A stretch of DNA of 32,000 nt from Candidatus Thalassarchaeaceae archaeon (GCA_045568075.1 JBJLBP010000001.1:510001-542000); one strand, 5' to 3'; shown: positions 1-8,351, numbered from the stretch's first letter. Made by a program: numbers and translations. The notes: a model not told the origin generated them from the letters alone.

Positions 1-725
1 CTGACCCACTTGTTGACGTATTTCTGGAGAAGAGCGCAGGGGATTACTCCCTGCTTGACGACTCTGCGTAGTCCATTGGCTCCGGTGCCGAGATGGAAGG
101 ATTCCTCCTTCAGCATAGGCCCCATCGAGGCAGCGAGTGGCTGGAAAGAAGATGTGCTGAGCATCTTCAGTTGGTACTTACCGTCTCGGTCGATAAAGTG
201 AGTGAAGCAGAAGAAGTCCAACCAGTGGTCAATCGGTGCGTTGAATGAACCTAGGATGCGAGTTCCTTCCTGCGCATTGCGCTCGAGCAACTTTGCTGCC
301 TCGCGCACTCCGTGCTCGCCGAAGTAAGTGCAGAGAAGGTAAGCCATCTGCCATCCGTGGCGCTGTTCTTCGCACATGATTCGCAGGGCTGACTTGCGGT
401 CATACTCGGTCGGGGCGGTCGCCAACAGGTGGTTCTGCTGCTCGACGCTGGCGAATTCTGTATCGCCCTGCACGCTGACCATCGAGATGATTGCATCACG
501 GATGTTTTGCTGTGGAATCTGCATTCGTCGCTGCCACTTGGGCATACCTTGGAAATCACCGAATTCGATCTGTGAACCAGCGGTGTCCCAGTCGAACTTG
601 ATGTCGAATCGGTAATCACCCAGCCACGACGGGTCAAATCCGATTCGTGTCTGCCAATCGCTGAAATCTTGTATCCACGCCTCGAAGTTCGGGGAGTAGT
701 CCTGTACGATCTCTGTATCTGTCAT
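1..725 (-). CDS. boxB: Benzoyl-CoA oxygenase component B-like diiron (ferritin-like) oxygenase; N-terminus at 725, gene runs off the window start
   Basis: Absent from the ORF track because there is no stop inside the window. Hand translation from the ATG (complement of 723-725) gives MTDTEIVQDYSPNFEAWIQDF...SVQGDTEFASVEQQNHLLATAP...RIMCEEQRHGWQMAYLL...FTHFIDRDGKYQLKMLS...MLKEESFHLGTGANG. It has two E-x-x-H diiron motifs. The blocks are collinear with BoxB as I remember it. Confidence 0.7.
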   Translation of the reverse strand, partial: MTDTEIVQDYSPNFEAWIQDFSDWQTRIGFDPSWLGDYRFDIKFDWDTAGSQIEFGDFQGMPKWQRRMQIPQQNIRDAIISMVSVQGDTEFASVEQQNHLLATAPTEYDRKSALRIMCEEQRHGWQMAYLLCTYFGEHGVREAAKLLERNAQEGTRILGSFNAPIDHWLDFFCFTHFIDRDGKYQLKMLSTSSFQPLAASMGPMLKEESFHLGTGANGLRRVVKQGVIPCALLQKYVNKWV

Positions 726-762
726 GAGGTGGGGCAGAAGGGACCTGTATTTCAACCACATC

Positions 763-783
763 ACCGAAGACGTAGTCTTCGGT
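763..783 (-). other. Perfect 9-bp stem-loop with a UAC triloop (sense: ACCGAAGAC-UAC-GUCUUCGGU) between the crotonase stop and the boxB-like start
   Basis: The + strand reads accgaagac gta gtcttcggt. It lies 25 nt after the stop at 809 and 37 nt before the ATG at 725. Confidence 0.7.
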
Positions 784-808
784 CGCCCGAAATTTTTGGA
801 TGATAAGT

Positions 809-1666
809 TCAGTTACCTTCGAAGCGAGGGGTGCGGCGCTCGACGTAAGCGGCGATTCCTTCCTTCGCGTCAGCGCTGTTGAACAGAGCCGCTTGCAACT
901 CGCGCTCAAGCGCAAGGTGATACTCGAAAGGCATCTCAGGTCCTGATTGGACTGAGCGCTTGATGTTACCAACTGCCATAGTAGCCTTGTATGGTAAGCA
1001 GAACTGGCTGGCGTAGTCGAGAATATCCTGCCGGAAATCGTCTAGTGATCCATCCCAGACGTCGTTGAAGAGGTCGATTTCCTTAGCCTTCTCGAAGGCC
1101 ATCAGCTCGCCGCTGACCATGTATTCGAGAGCACGCGACTTGCCGATGAGGCGAGTTAGTCGCGCAGTGCCGCCTGTTCCTGCAAGCACACCGAGGTTAA
1201 TTTCAGGAAGTCCACACTTGCCTGCATCCTTGCGAGCGATGCGAATGTCGCAGGCCATTGCGATCTCAAGTCCGCCGCCGACAGCGTGACCATTGATTGC
1301 ACAAATGACGAGCTTCGGAGTCTGCTCGAGGCGGCTCAGAGTCTCGTTAGCGTGAAGGCAGAAATTGTACTTGAATCCCGGCGTGACCGAGTTCAACATC
1401 TGGATGCTTGCACCGGCAGAGAAGAACTTGTGTCCATTGCCGGTGAAGACGATGACGCTGACGTCGTCATCAAAGCGAGCCTTGACGACAGCGGTATCGA
1501 TGTCTCGCATCATTTCGTGTGTGTATGTGTTCGGGCCGACTTCGTCGCCCTCAAGTGGAGCGCCCGCCGAATTCGAAGCAAGTTCGATGATGGCGATTCC
1601 GTTTTCTGTGACTCCGTAGTTTACCAAGCGGTTTGGCATGGGTTCGAGTTCAGGCCATGAGGTCAT
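809..1666 (-). CDS. Enoyl-CoA hydratase/isomerase (crotonase) family protein with BoxC-like motifs
   Basis: ORF 809..1723. Motifs: FFSAGASIQML, KYNFCLHANET, INGHAVGGGLEIAMACDIRIA, LPEINLGVLAGTGGTARL. The ATG at 1666 (MTSWPELEP) is preferred over the TTG at 1723 because a hairpin lies between them. Confidence 0.85.
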   Translation of the reverse strand: MTSWPELEPMPNRLVNYGVTENGIAIIELASNSAGAPLEGDEVGPNTYTHEMMRDIDTAVVKARFDDDVSVIVFTGNGHKFFSAGASIQMLNSVTPGFKYNFCLHANETLSRLEQTPKLVICAINGHAVGGGLEIAMACDIRIARKDAGKCGLPEINLGVLAGTGGTARLTRLIGKSRALEYMVSGELMAFEKAKEIDLFNDVWDGSLDDFRQDILDYASQFCLPYKATMAVGNIKRSVQSGPEMPFEYHLALERELQAALFNSADAKEGIAAYVERRTPRFEGN

Positions 1667-1673
1667 GGCGCTT

Positions 1674-1686
1674 CGACCGTAGGTCG
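1674..1686 (-). other. 5-bp stem-loop with a UAC triloop (sense: CGACC-UAC-GGUCG) between the flavoprotein stop and the crotonase start
   Basis: The + strand reads cgacc gta ggtcg. It lies 43 nt after the stop at 1730. Confidence 0.5.
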
Positions 1687-1729
1687 GATTATGAATCAAA
1701 CGGGTAACGCTTGGAGACTCCAAACTCGC

Positions 1730-2953
1730 TCAAGCGTCGTTTTCAGAGAAGGAAGTATGACCTCCTCCTCGCTGGTGGGACTTCCACTGAACCCCTATTT
1801 CTTCGGCCCGTGGGCTTGCTTCCCAGACATCTCTTGAGAGGGCTTTTCGGAACGGCATGCGAGAGACCATTCGACCGTCTGCGAGTTGTTTTCGGCGGAG
1901 CATGCCGATTTTGACGATGGGCCATAATGCTCGGCGAAATAGTCCAGGTTGGTAGACCCATTTCATGAAGGCGAGCCCATCTCCTTTGCGAGCTTGGTCA
2001 CGCATCCAATAGCGTGCGACCATCTTGAATCCACGATCACCAATTCGGTTCATCAAAAATCGGTTTATAGCGCTCGCTCGAATAAGTGGAATCAAACGAT
2101 TGCGGACTTGTTTCTCGTAATCATTCGAGCCCACAATCGAGTTGGCGGCCATCACTCCACTAGTGATTGCATAACGCATCCCAAAGCCCCACATGAAGTC
2201 CTGCAAACCGCCCGCTTCACCGACATAATGCCTGTCTTCGTGGATGTAGCGATCGGGTAGTGAGAAGTCACCTTTTCCGCCGACGCGTTTTATCGGCTGG
2301 CGGTTGAGTTCGTAGTGTTCCTCATACCATGCGATTGTCTCGTTGAGGTATCTGCTGGATTTCTTTTGCTGACGCCAGAGGCAGGTGCAGATGAGACCTA
2401 TTCCATCAATGATTATCAGGTAGGAATAGGCTCCAGGAGCGAGTTTGTCGTTGAGTTGGAAAGCGACGTGGTTGGGGTGGTCGGTATGAAAAATCTCTCC
2501 GAAGGCAACAGCACTGGATTCCTTTGGCCCAGCAGCGATTATGTCGCATTCACTGGGGTCCTTGCGTGTCTCATAGTGGATATTTGCACCAGCAGCAAGG
2601 GCCATCCGCTTGAATCCTTGATCGATGCAATGTTCGTCGGTTCCACGCTCGACGACTCTGAATGCAACTCCATTGGTTACTGGATTACTGATTTCGTCAT
2701 CTGGGTGGATGAGGTCGATGATGCTGAATGCATCCGACTTGAATTCGTCAGGATCCAAACCCCATCCACGCATCTCGTCGAAGAAGTCGGTATCACTGGT
2801 CCAATTCTCAATACCTTGGAAATCGCCGTCGAAGCGCGCGCCTGAGTCCTTACGAATCTCGTGCACATGGACCTCGTACCCTTGATGCGCAAGTATGGTC
2901 GCAGCCGAGAGCCCCGAAAGTCCAGCCCCGAGGATGTCAATGCGGCGGGTCAC
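1730..2953 (-). CDS. FAD-dependent oxidoreductase, geranylgeranyl-reductase-like family
   Basis: ORF 1730..3319. Dinucleotide-binding motif IDILGAGLSGLSAATILA; C-terminal flavin motif YVGEAGGLQDFMWGFGMRYAITSG. The first ~95-120 codons of the tracked ORF are S/T/P-rich junk that overlaps moaE. I therefore prefer the in-frame GTG at 2953 (VTRRIDILGAG); the ATG at 3034 is the alternative. Confidence 0.75.
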   Translation of the reverse strand: MTRRIDILGAGLSGLSAATILAHQGYEVHVHEIRKDSGARFDGDFQGIENWTSDTDFFDEMRGWGLDPDEFKSDAFSIIDLIHPDDEISNPVTNGVAFRVVERGTDEHCIDQGFKRMALAAGANIHYETRKDPSECDIIAAGPKESSAVAFGEIFHTDHPNHVAFQLNDKLAPGAYSYLIIIDGIGLICTCLWRQQKKSSRYLNETIAWYEEHYELNRQPIKRVGGKGDFSLPDRYIHEDRHYVGEAGGLQDFMWGFGMRYAITSGVMAANSIVGSNDYEKQVRNRLIPLIRASAINRFLMNRIGDRGFKMVARYWMRDQARKGDGLAFMKWVYQPGLFRRALWPIVKIGMLRRKQLADGRMVSRMPFRKALSRDVWEASPRAEEIGVQWKSHQRGGGHTSFSENDA

Positions 2954-3032
2954 GTCGCGTCGACCCTGATGCCGTGTTTGAATGGTTCCTTGTCTGGCGA
3001 GGCATTGAAGCGCTGAGAGGGGATGGGGCTTC

Positions 3033-3455
3033 ATGCCTCGAGTCGTGGTTCGCGTCGAGTCCGAGAAACTCGAACCTGAGAATCTTCGAGGGCTGGTCGA
3101 CCTACAGGGCTGTGGTAGCGTGGTATCCTTCGTTGGTCTGACTAGGGGTGTGGACGACGGCGTCGAGGTTGAGAGACTGGAATTCGACGCCTGGGAGGAG
3201 AAGCTTCCGTCAGTGCTCAACCGATTGGCATTCGACGCGGTTGAGCGTTTTGGCGTCTCATCGGTGGTAATTGCGCATCGTACAGGTGTAGTATTACCCG
3301 CCGAACCAATCGTTTGCATTCACGTTGGAAGCCCACATCGAGCTGAGGGCTTTGAGGCCTGTTCTTGGCTCATAAGTGAACTCAAGGCGCAAGCGCCGTT
3401 ATGGAAGAAGGAAGTTCGAGCCGACGGTGAGTTATGGAAGGCTGGACTAGGCTGA
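3033..3455 (+). CDS. moaE: Molybdopterin synthase catalytic subunit MoaE
   Basis: 140 aa. Motifs: GSVVSFVGLTRG...VERLEFDAWEE...VVIAHRTGVVLPAEPIVCIHVGSPHRAEGFEACSWLISELKAQAPLWKKE. Confidence 0.85.
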   Translation: MPRVVVRVESEKLEPENLRGLVDLQGCGSVVSFVGLTRGVDDGVEVERLEFDAWEEKLPSVLNRLAFDAVERFGVSSVVIAHRTGVVLPAEPIVCIHVGSPHRAEGFEACSWLISELKAQAPLWKKEVRADGELWKAGLG

Positions 3456-3472
3456 GTGATTCGACTGCTCAT

Positions 3473-4810
3473 TCATCGCATCGAAGCGGCGATGTCGTTT
3501 ACAGCATGAGGCACATTTGAGGCGATTCCCTCGACCATCATCCAGCCGTGACCCTTGACTCCGTCGCCAACACAGCGGATGCCTTCAACTCCGACATCCA
3601 TCGGCAGTTCGGCACCTTGCGGTGCGCGATTACACGGCCAGTTCCGATGATATGTATGGACGCAGATTTCCTCGCCATGATCGGCGAGCCAAGGGATTGA
3701 CTCGTAGAGGTCCTCGCGCCCTTTGCTAATCTCGGATTTGACCGAGGCGTCGGGTACGAATTGGTGAGTGATCATCAGATGCTTTCCTTCGGGCGCGAGG
3801 GTCGGGTCGGAGAAGGTTGGAATGACAAAGCCTCCGACCCGCTCAAGATTAGGCAACATTGTCACCCCGCTACTACGTACCGGAATGTCATCATCGAGCG
3901 CGAAGCAGAACCCGATTCCACCCACTGCTTGAGTGTTTTTGACCTGCTCTCGCACGCTGTCGGCCACTTCGAAATCGTCTGATAGCGCCTTCAGCAAATT
4001 TGGGTGGCCGCCATTGTGAATGATTGAATCCGCGCCGACCCAACTCGCTTCATCCCGGCCACGTCGTCGCACTCCGACGCAGAATCGGTGCTCTTTCGTC
4101 GATTCCTCCGCAGTTCCCGGAAGAATCTCAGTCACTTCATGACTCAATTTGACGCGCGCACCATTCTCCCGAAGGTCCGCGCGCAATCCATCGATTACAC
4201 CCTTACATCCTCCCTTCGGAATGTGCGGCCGATCTGACCAGAAGGAATTCTGCAATATCCGAACCACAGTCGAGGCCGGCATCTGATCGAAGCGCAGACT
4301 CACAGCAAAATTCGAGAAAGCATCGAGAAAATCGATGAACTCGTCGCTGAACCTCCTCTGAAGCCAAGTCCGTCCATCTACGGTTTCGTCTCCCCATGCT
4401 TGCTTGGCACCCTTGGCAAGAAGTCTTGGAAGATTGATTGCATCCTTTGCAGAGAACCACGGCAATAACCCATAAGCGGAGTTTGCGGACTGAAAATTTC
4501 CATCTTTTATTCGACACGCAAAGTGGCTGGTAGGTAGGAATTCTACTCCATGACGACCGAGGTCTAACCCACCTTTCGAACGAGGGCCAAGTATCAGGTC
4601 TGAGAACGGTCCTTTGCGTCCGTGCGGAATCATGTGGACCGCACCAGTGGGAATCTGATATCCGTCGTGATCATGTTGTGTGAATCGACCACCTGCAAAG
4701 GACATCCGCTCGTAAACAGTGACGTCGAAGTCACCCGTTTGGGCAAGCCGAGCAGCGGAGCCAAGCCCACCGACTCCAGCTCCGACAACGAGTGCCTTCG
4801 GCTTTCCCAT
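3473..4810 (-). CDS. NAD(P)/FAD-dependent oxidoreductase, phytoene-desaturase (CrtI)-like family
   Basis: 445 aa. N-terminal KALVVGAGVGGLGSAARLA...VTVYERMSFAGGR Rossmann motif. Length and layout fit the amine-oxidase/CrtI superfamily. The substrate cannot be assigned. Confidence 0.75.
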   Translation of the reverse strand: MGKPKALVVGAGVGGLGSAARLAQTGDFDVTVYERMSFAGGRFTQHDHDGYQIPTGAVHMIPHGRKGPFSDLILGPRSKGGLDLGRHGVEFLPTSHFACRIKDGNFQSANSAYGLLPWFSAKDAINLPRLLAKGAKQAWGDETVDGRTWLQRRFSDEFIDFLDAFSNFAVSLRFDQMPASTVVRILQNSFWSDRPHIPKGGCKGVIDGLRADLRENGARVKLSHEVTEILPGTAEESTKEHRFCVGVRRRGRDEASWVGADSIIHNGGHPNLLKALSDDFEVADSVREQVKNTQAVGGIGFCFALDDDIPVRSSGVTMLPNLERVGGFVIPTFSDPTLAPEGKHLMITHQFVPDASVKSEISKGREDLYESIPWLADHGEEICVHTYHRNWPCNRAPQGAELPMDVGVEGIRCVGDGVKGHGWMMVEGIASNVPHAVNDIAASMR

Positions 4811-4824
4811 TCATAGATCACCAC

Positions 4825-5085
4825 TCAGGCGTAGACCAGAGCCCCAGTTGGGCACCAGAGAAGACAGCGAAGGCAATCCGTGCAATTTTTTTCAATGACC
4901 TCGCATAATCCTTCGACGATGAGGGCATCGTCTTGGCAAGCCATTAGACAATAGGAACATCCGACGCACAAGTCGTTGATGACCTGCAGTTTCTTGCCCT
5001 CTTCACTTGGCCTGTCATGGTCGACCCCCGACTCGAGTTGTGGAACTACCCCTGGAGTAGCCTTGTCGCGGAATGCCTCTGCCAC
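4825..5085 (-). CDS. 2x[4Fe-4S] ferredoxin-type protein
   Basis: Two cluster motifs: CVGCSYCLMAC and CTDCLRCLLWCP. The stop lies 14 nt upstream of the CrtI-like gene start on the same strand. Confidence 0.8.
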   Translation of the reverse strand: MAEAFRDKATPGVVPQLESGVDHDRPSEEGKKLQVINDLCVGCSYCLMACQDDALIVEGLCEVIEKNCTDCLRCLLWCPTGALVYA

Positions 5086-5178
5086 GGTTTGTAGTAATCA
5101 ATCTAGTATTTCAGAACCACGTTCCTCTTCCGAGTCTCTGATTAGGGATACACACCTCCGCCATCCTGAGGCAGAGGG

Positions 5179-5655
5179 ATGGAGGAATCGTTCACGGGGA
5201 TAATCGATGTCGGTTCGAAGCCTGTCGTTTCCCGCGAAGCTGTCGCAACGGGACTGCTTCGTCTCTCACCTGAAAGTCTGGATGTAGTAGCGAATGGCCG
5301 CTCGGTCAAAGGAGATGTTCGGGAGGCCTCCACTATCGCAGCGATTCAGGCTGTGAAAGAGACGCCACGTATGCTCCCTCACTGCCATCCAATCCCTATC
5401 GAGGGCTGCACAATAGATTGGGCGGTCGAACAAGATGCAGAGGGCGGTGTCGGAGGAGGTGCTTTGCGTTGCACGGTCACCGTTCGAACGCACTGGACAA
5501 CCGGCGTGGAAATGGAGGCACTTTGTGGAGTAAACGCAGGGCTGCTCTGTGCTTGGGATATGCTAAAATCAATCGAGAAGGACTCTGAGGGGCAGTATCC
5601 GAGCGCGCAAATCGATGGGGTTCGCGTAATTCGTAAGAGCAAAGGTTCCGCTTAA
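5179..5655 (+). CDS. moaC: Cyclic pyranopterin monophosphate synthase MoaC
   Basis: 158 aa. Motifs: IDVGSKPVVSREAVA...KGDVREASTIAAIQAVKETPRMLPHCHPIPIEG...GVEMEALCGVNAGLLCAWDMLKS. Confidence 0.9.
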   Translation: MEESFTGIIDVGSKPVVSREAVATGLLRLSPESLDVVANGRSVKGDVREASTIAAIQAVKETPRMLPHCHPIPIEGCTIDWAVEQDAEGGVGGGALRCTVTVRTHWTTGVEMEALCGVNAGLLCAWDMLKSIEKDSEGQYPSAQIDGVRVIRKSKGSA

Positions 5656-5722
5656 TTTTCGGTCGCTGAGTCGAGCCTTGTCGACCCGTATGATTGAATG
5701 CCGAACGCTATTCGCAGCGGTC

Positions 5723-6676
5723 ATGGCGACCATCGATTTGGAGAGTCATTTCCTCGATGCGACTGAGTCTGCTGCGATTGCTGCTTCGGCTTGGAGAGGC
5801 AAGGGAGATGGAAAGGCCGCTGACGGTGCCGCGGTAGAAGCGATGCGCGCTGTGTTCGATGGCGTGCCTTTCGATGGGCGCGTAGCAATTGGTGAAGGGG
5901 AGCGCGACGACGCACCTATGCTTTGGATCGGCGAACCACTGGGTTCGATGCAAGGTGATCCGAATGCCCCATCGATCGACATTGCAGTTGACCCGCTCGA
6001 ATGTACCAATCATGTTGCCAAGGATTTGCCGAATGCGATGGCGGTTCTCGCCGCAGCCCCACGCGGGACTCTGCTTCACGCACCGGATTGTTACATGGAC
6101 AAAATCTCAGGACCAGCTGAGTTGGATGGTGTGATCAGCCTCGACGCCTCAACCTCATACAATGTCGAGGCTGCGGCCTCGGCCCTTGGGAAGAAAGAGT
6201 CTGAACTCAATATCGTCGTAATGGATAGACCGAGGCATGAGAAGCTGATTTCAGAACTTCGAGCACATGATGTAAATGTCGTACTGATAGGCGACGGCGA
6301 CGTCTCGGCTGCGCTCAACGCGGCCGACCCAAACTCAGAGATTGACATGCTAATGGGAATTGGCGCAGCACCAGAAGGCGTCATCACAGCCACTGCACTT
6401 CGCGGTCTCGGCGCCCCATTTGAGGGGCGCCTCGTGTTCAAGGACGAGGGTCATCGAGAGCGCGCAGAGAATATGATTGATGGTGATATTGAGAGGCTCT
6501 GGGATAGAGATCAACTCTGTGCTAGCGATGATGCTGTATTCATCGGGACTGGAGTTTGTCCAGGCCGAACCTTCGGTGTAGAGACTCTTTCGGACGGACG
6601 TTACTCGGTTCAGTCCGAGGTTATCGACGTGGCGAGTGGGGGCCACAGATTCGTCGATAATATCCGTTCAGCCTGA
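5723..6676 (+). CDS. glpX: Fructose-1,6-bisphosphatase class II (GlpX type)
   Basis: ORF 5678..6676. Motifs: ATESAAIAASAWRGKGDGKAADGAAVEAMR, GEGERDDAPMLWIGE, IDIAVDPLECTN. The ATG at 5723 gives the same N-terminal spacing as E. coli GlpX. The start remains uncertain (5678 TTG and 5690 ATG are also possible). Confidence 0.88.
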   Translation: MATIDLESHFLDATESAAIAASAWRGKGDGKAADGAAVEAMRAVFDGVPFDGRVAIGEGERDDAPMLWIGEPLGSMQGDPNAPSIDIAVDPLECTNHVAKDLPNAMAVLAAAPRGTLLHAPDCYMDKISGPAELDGVISLDASTSYNVEAAASALGKKESELNIVVMDRPRHEKLISELRAHDVNVVLIGDGDVSAALNAADPNSEIDMLMGIGAAPEGVITATALRGLGAPFEGRLVFKDEGHRERAENMIDGDIERLWDRDQLCASDDAVFIGTGVCPGRTFGVETLSDGRYSVQSEVIDVASGGHRFVDNIRSA

Positions 6677-6745
6677 ATCTGAATCCATAATTCGTGGGCA
6701 AAGGTTTCATCTCTCAAACCCACCACGTCGAGTCGAGGTTCGTTC

Positions 6746-7756
6746 ATGGACACCGAATTACTTGAGAAAACAGCGCGAGAACTTGTTGCACCTGGACGAG
6801 GAATCCTCGCCGCCGATGAGAGCAATGGAACGATGTCTAACCGCCTTGCAGCTGTCGGCGTCGAACCATCTCCAGAGGCTCGTAGATCTTACCGTTCCAA
6901 CATCTTCGCAACCTCTGACTACCAATCGGCAATTAGTGGTGTAATTCTCTTCGATGAGACAATCCGTCAGAAGATGAACGATGGAACTCCGATCCCAGAA
7001 TATCTCGCCAGCCGTGGCGTTCACCCAGGAATCAAAGTAGATACTGGAGCCAAGGAATTAGCACACCACTCCGGCGAGAAAATCACAGAAGGTTTAGACG
7101 GACTTCGCGAGCGCTGTGCTGAATACTTCGCCATGGGAGCTCGCTTTGCAAAGTGGCGCGCAGTCATTCGAATTGGAGATGGGATGCCGAGTGATGCCAA
7201 CCTCTCAACCAATGCTCATGCCCTCGCTCGCTACGCAGCGATTTGCCAAGAACAAGGCCTCGTTCCAATCATTGAGCCGGAAGTTTTGATGGATGGTGAG
7301 CACGATGCTCAGACTTGCTACGATGTTACTGCGAGAATTCTCGATGAGACATTCGCAGCTTGCGAAGTTCAGGGAGTGCACATTCCTGGGGCCTTACTGA
7401 AACCGAACATGATTCTACCTGGAAAGTCCTGCTCTGACCAAGGTAGTCGAGAACAGGCGGCTCAGTTGACTGTGGATTGCCTGACTAACCACGTCCCACA
7501 CAACTTGCCTGGAATCGTCTTCCTTTCTGGCGGTCAGTCCGACGAGGACGCGACCGCCCATCTCAATCTGATGAATGGCATGGATGTTGAGCATCCATGG
7601 CAGCTTTCATACTCTTACGGCCGAGCTTTGCTCGCTCACGCGTTACAGACTTGGGCAAGTGGTTCAAACGAAGATAGCCAAGGAGCTTTTGCTCACCGCG
7701 CAGCGATGAATAGCCTAGCTCGAACTGGAGCTTGGTCAGCCGAGCTTGAAAGCTGA
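6746..7756 (+). CDS. fba: Fructose-bisphosphate aldolase, classical class I (eukaryote/bacterial glycolytic type)
   Basis: 336 aa. Motifs: GRGILAADES, GIKVDTG, RFAKWRAV, IIEPEVLMDGEH, LLKPNM (Schiff-base Lys region), VFLSGGQS, SYSYGRALL. Confidence 0.9.
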   Translation: MDTELLEKTARELVAPGRGILAADESNGTMSNRLAAVGVEPSPEARRSYRSNIFATSDYQSAISGVILFDETIRQKMNDGTPIPEYLASRGVHPGIKVDTGAKELAHHSGEKITEGLDGLRERCAEYFAMGARFAKWRAVIRIGDGMPSDANLSTNAHALARYAAICQEQGLVPIIEPEVLMDGEHDAQTCYDVTARILDETFAACEVQGVHIPGALLKPNMILPGKSCSDQGSREQAAQLTVDCLTNHVPHNLPGIVFLSGGQSDEDATAHLNLMNGMDVEHPWQLSYSYGRALLAHALQTWASGSNEDSQGAFAHRAAMNSLARTGAWSAELES

Positions 7757-7815
7757 ACAACGTTCCATCGCCTAGGGCGAATCGCACGCTAGGTGCATAA
7801 TCGCTTGAAGCGTAA

Positions 7816-8070
7816 TCAGTTCTCGCCGTCGAGCACACCTGGTCGCAGAGTCCAGACACAGATTTCGTAGCGGCCGGAGAGTGCGCCGCCTCGCTTGGTT
7901 GTAGCAACCTTGAGTATGTCTTTGTCCTTTGATAGGACGTTGCCCAATTGTTGCGGGGTGGTGCCGTGACGCATCGTCGAGTTGACGTGCTCGAGGATTT
8001 CGGTCGTGTTTGCCTCGCCCCTCTCGTTCAGGAATTTCTTAATCTTCTGTCGTAGTCTTGTTGTGCGCAT
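7816..8070 (-). CDS. Small winged-helix-like protein of unknown function (84 aa), downstream paralog
   Basis: ORF 7816..8139 trimmed to the ATG at 8070 (MRTTRLRQKIKKFLNERGEANTTEILEHVN...), which has GGAGAG 6 nt upstream. It aligns with the upstream neighbour. Predicted helix-turn-helix plus a beta-hairpin ending in W. Confidence 0.5.
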   Translation of the reverse strand: MRTTRLRQKIKKFLNERGEANTTEILEHVNSTMRHGTTPQQLGNVLSKDKDILKVATTKRGGALSGRYEICVWTLRPGVLDGEN

Positions 8071-8072
8071 AT

Positions 8073-8351
8073 TTAGCTCTCCTTTCGTTGTTCGGACCGT
8101 TTCCTCTCGTGATGCTTGACCCAAGTGTTTGACGCCCATTCCGAGACTGGTGACTCGGAGCGCCTCATACCGCTCTTGCGAACAGTACCGATTCGGACAA
8201 TCTGATCATCCGCTTCTAGGATGCTCGTGATGTCCACGGGGCTGTTCGTTGGGTCGATCTGGCTAGAAAGCCAGGTCGATATCTCGATGGTGTTTCGCGG
8301 CCGCTCAGAGAGGTAGTTTCGAATCAGTTCACGCAGGTTTTGCGAGTTCAT
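8073..8351 (-). CDS. Small winged-helix-like protein of unknown function (92 aa), upstream paralog
   Basis: ORF 8073..8390 trimmed to the ATG at 8351 (MNSQNLRELIRNYLSERPRNTIEISTWL...). Its TAA stop is only 2 nt from the next ATG. Basic C-terminal tail: KHHERKRSEQRKES. Confidence 0.5.
   Translation of the reverse strand: MNSQNLRELIRNYLSERPRNTIEISTWLSSQIDPTNSPVDITSILEADDQIVRIGTVRKSGMRRSESPVSEWASNTWVKHHERKRSEQRKES

Noticed and set aside
251-972. Tracked ORFs 251..637 (-) and 634..972 (-)
   Set aside because: Both are off-frame relative to the BoxB-like gene (1-725), or span the hairpin-containing spacer and the crotonase 3' end. Their products are S/T/R-rich with no motifs.
2954-3319. N-terminal 122-codon extension of the GGR-like ORF, including an ATG at 3034 that would share a CATG with the divergent moaE start at 3033
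   Set aside because: The extension is S/T/P/R-rich junk lying antisense to moaE. The GxGxxG motif begins a few residues after an in-frame GTG at 2953, which leaves a sensible 79-bp divergent promoter region.
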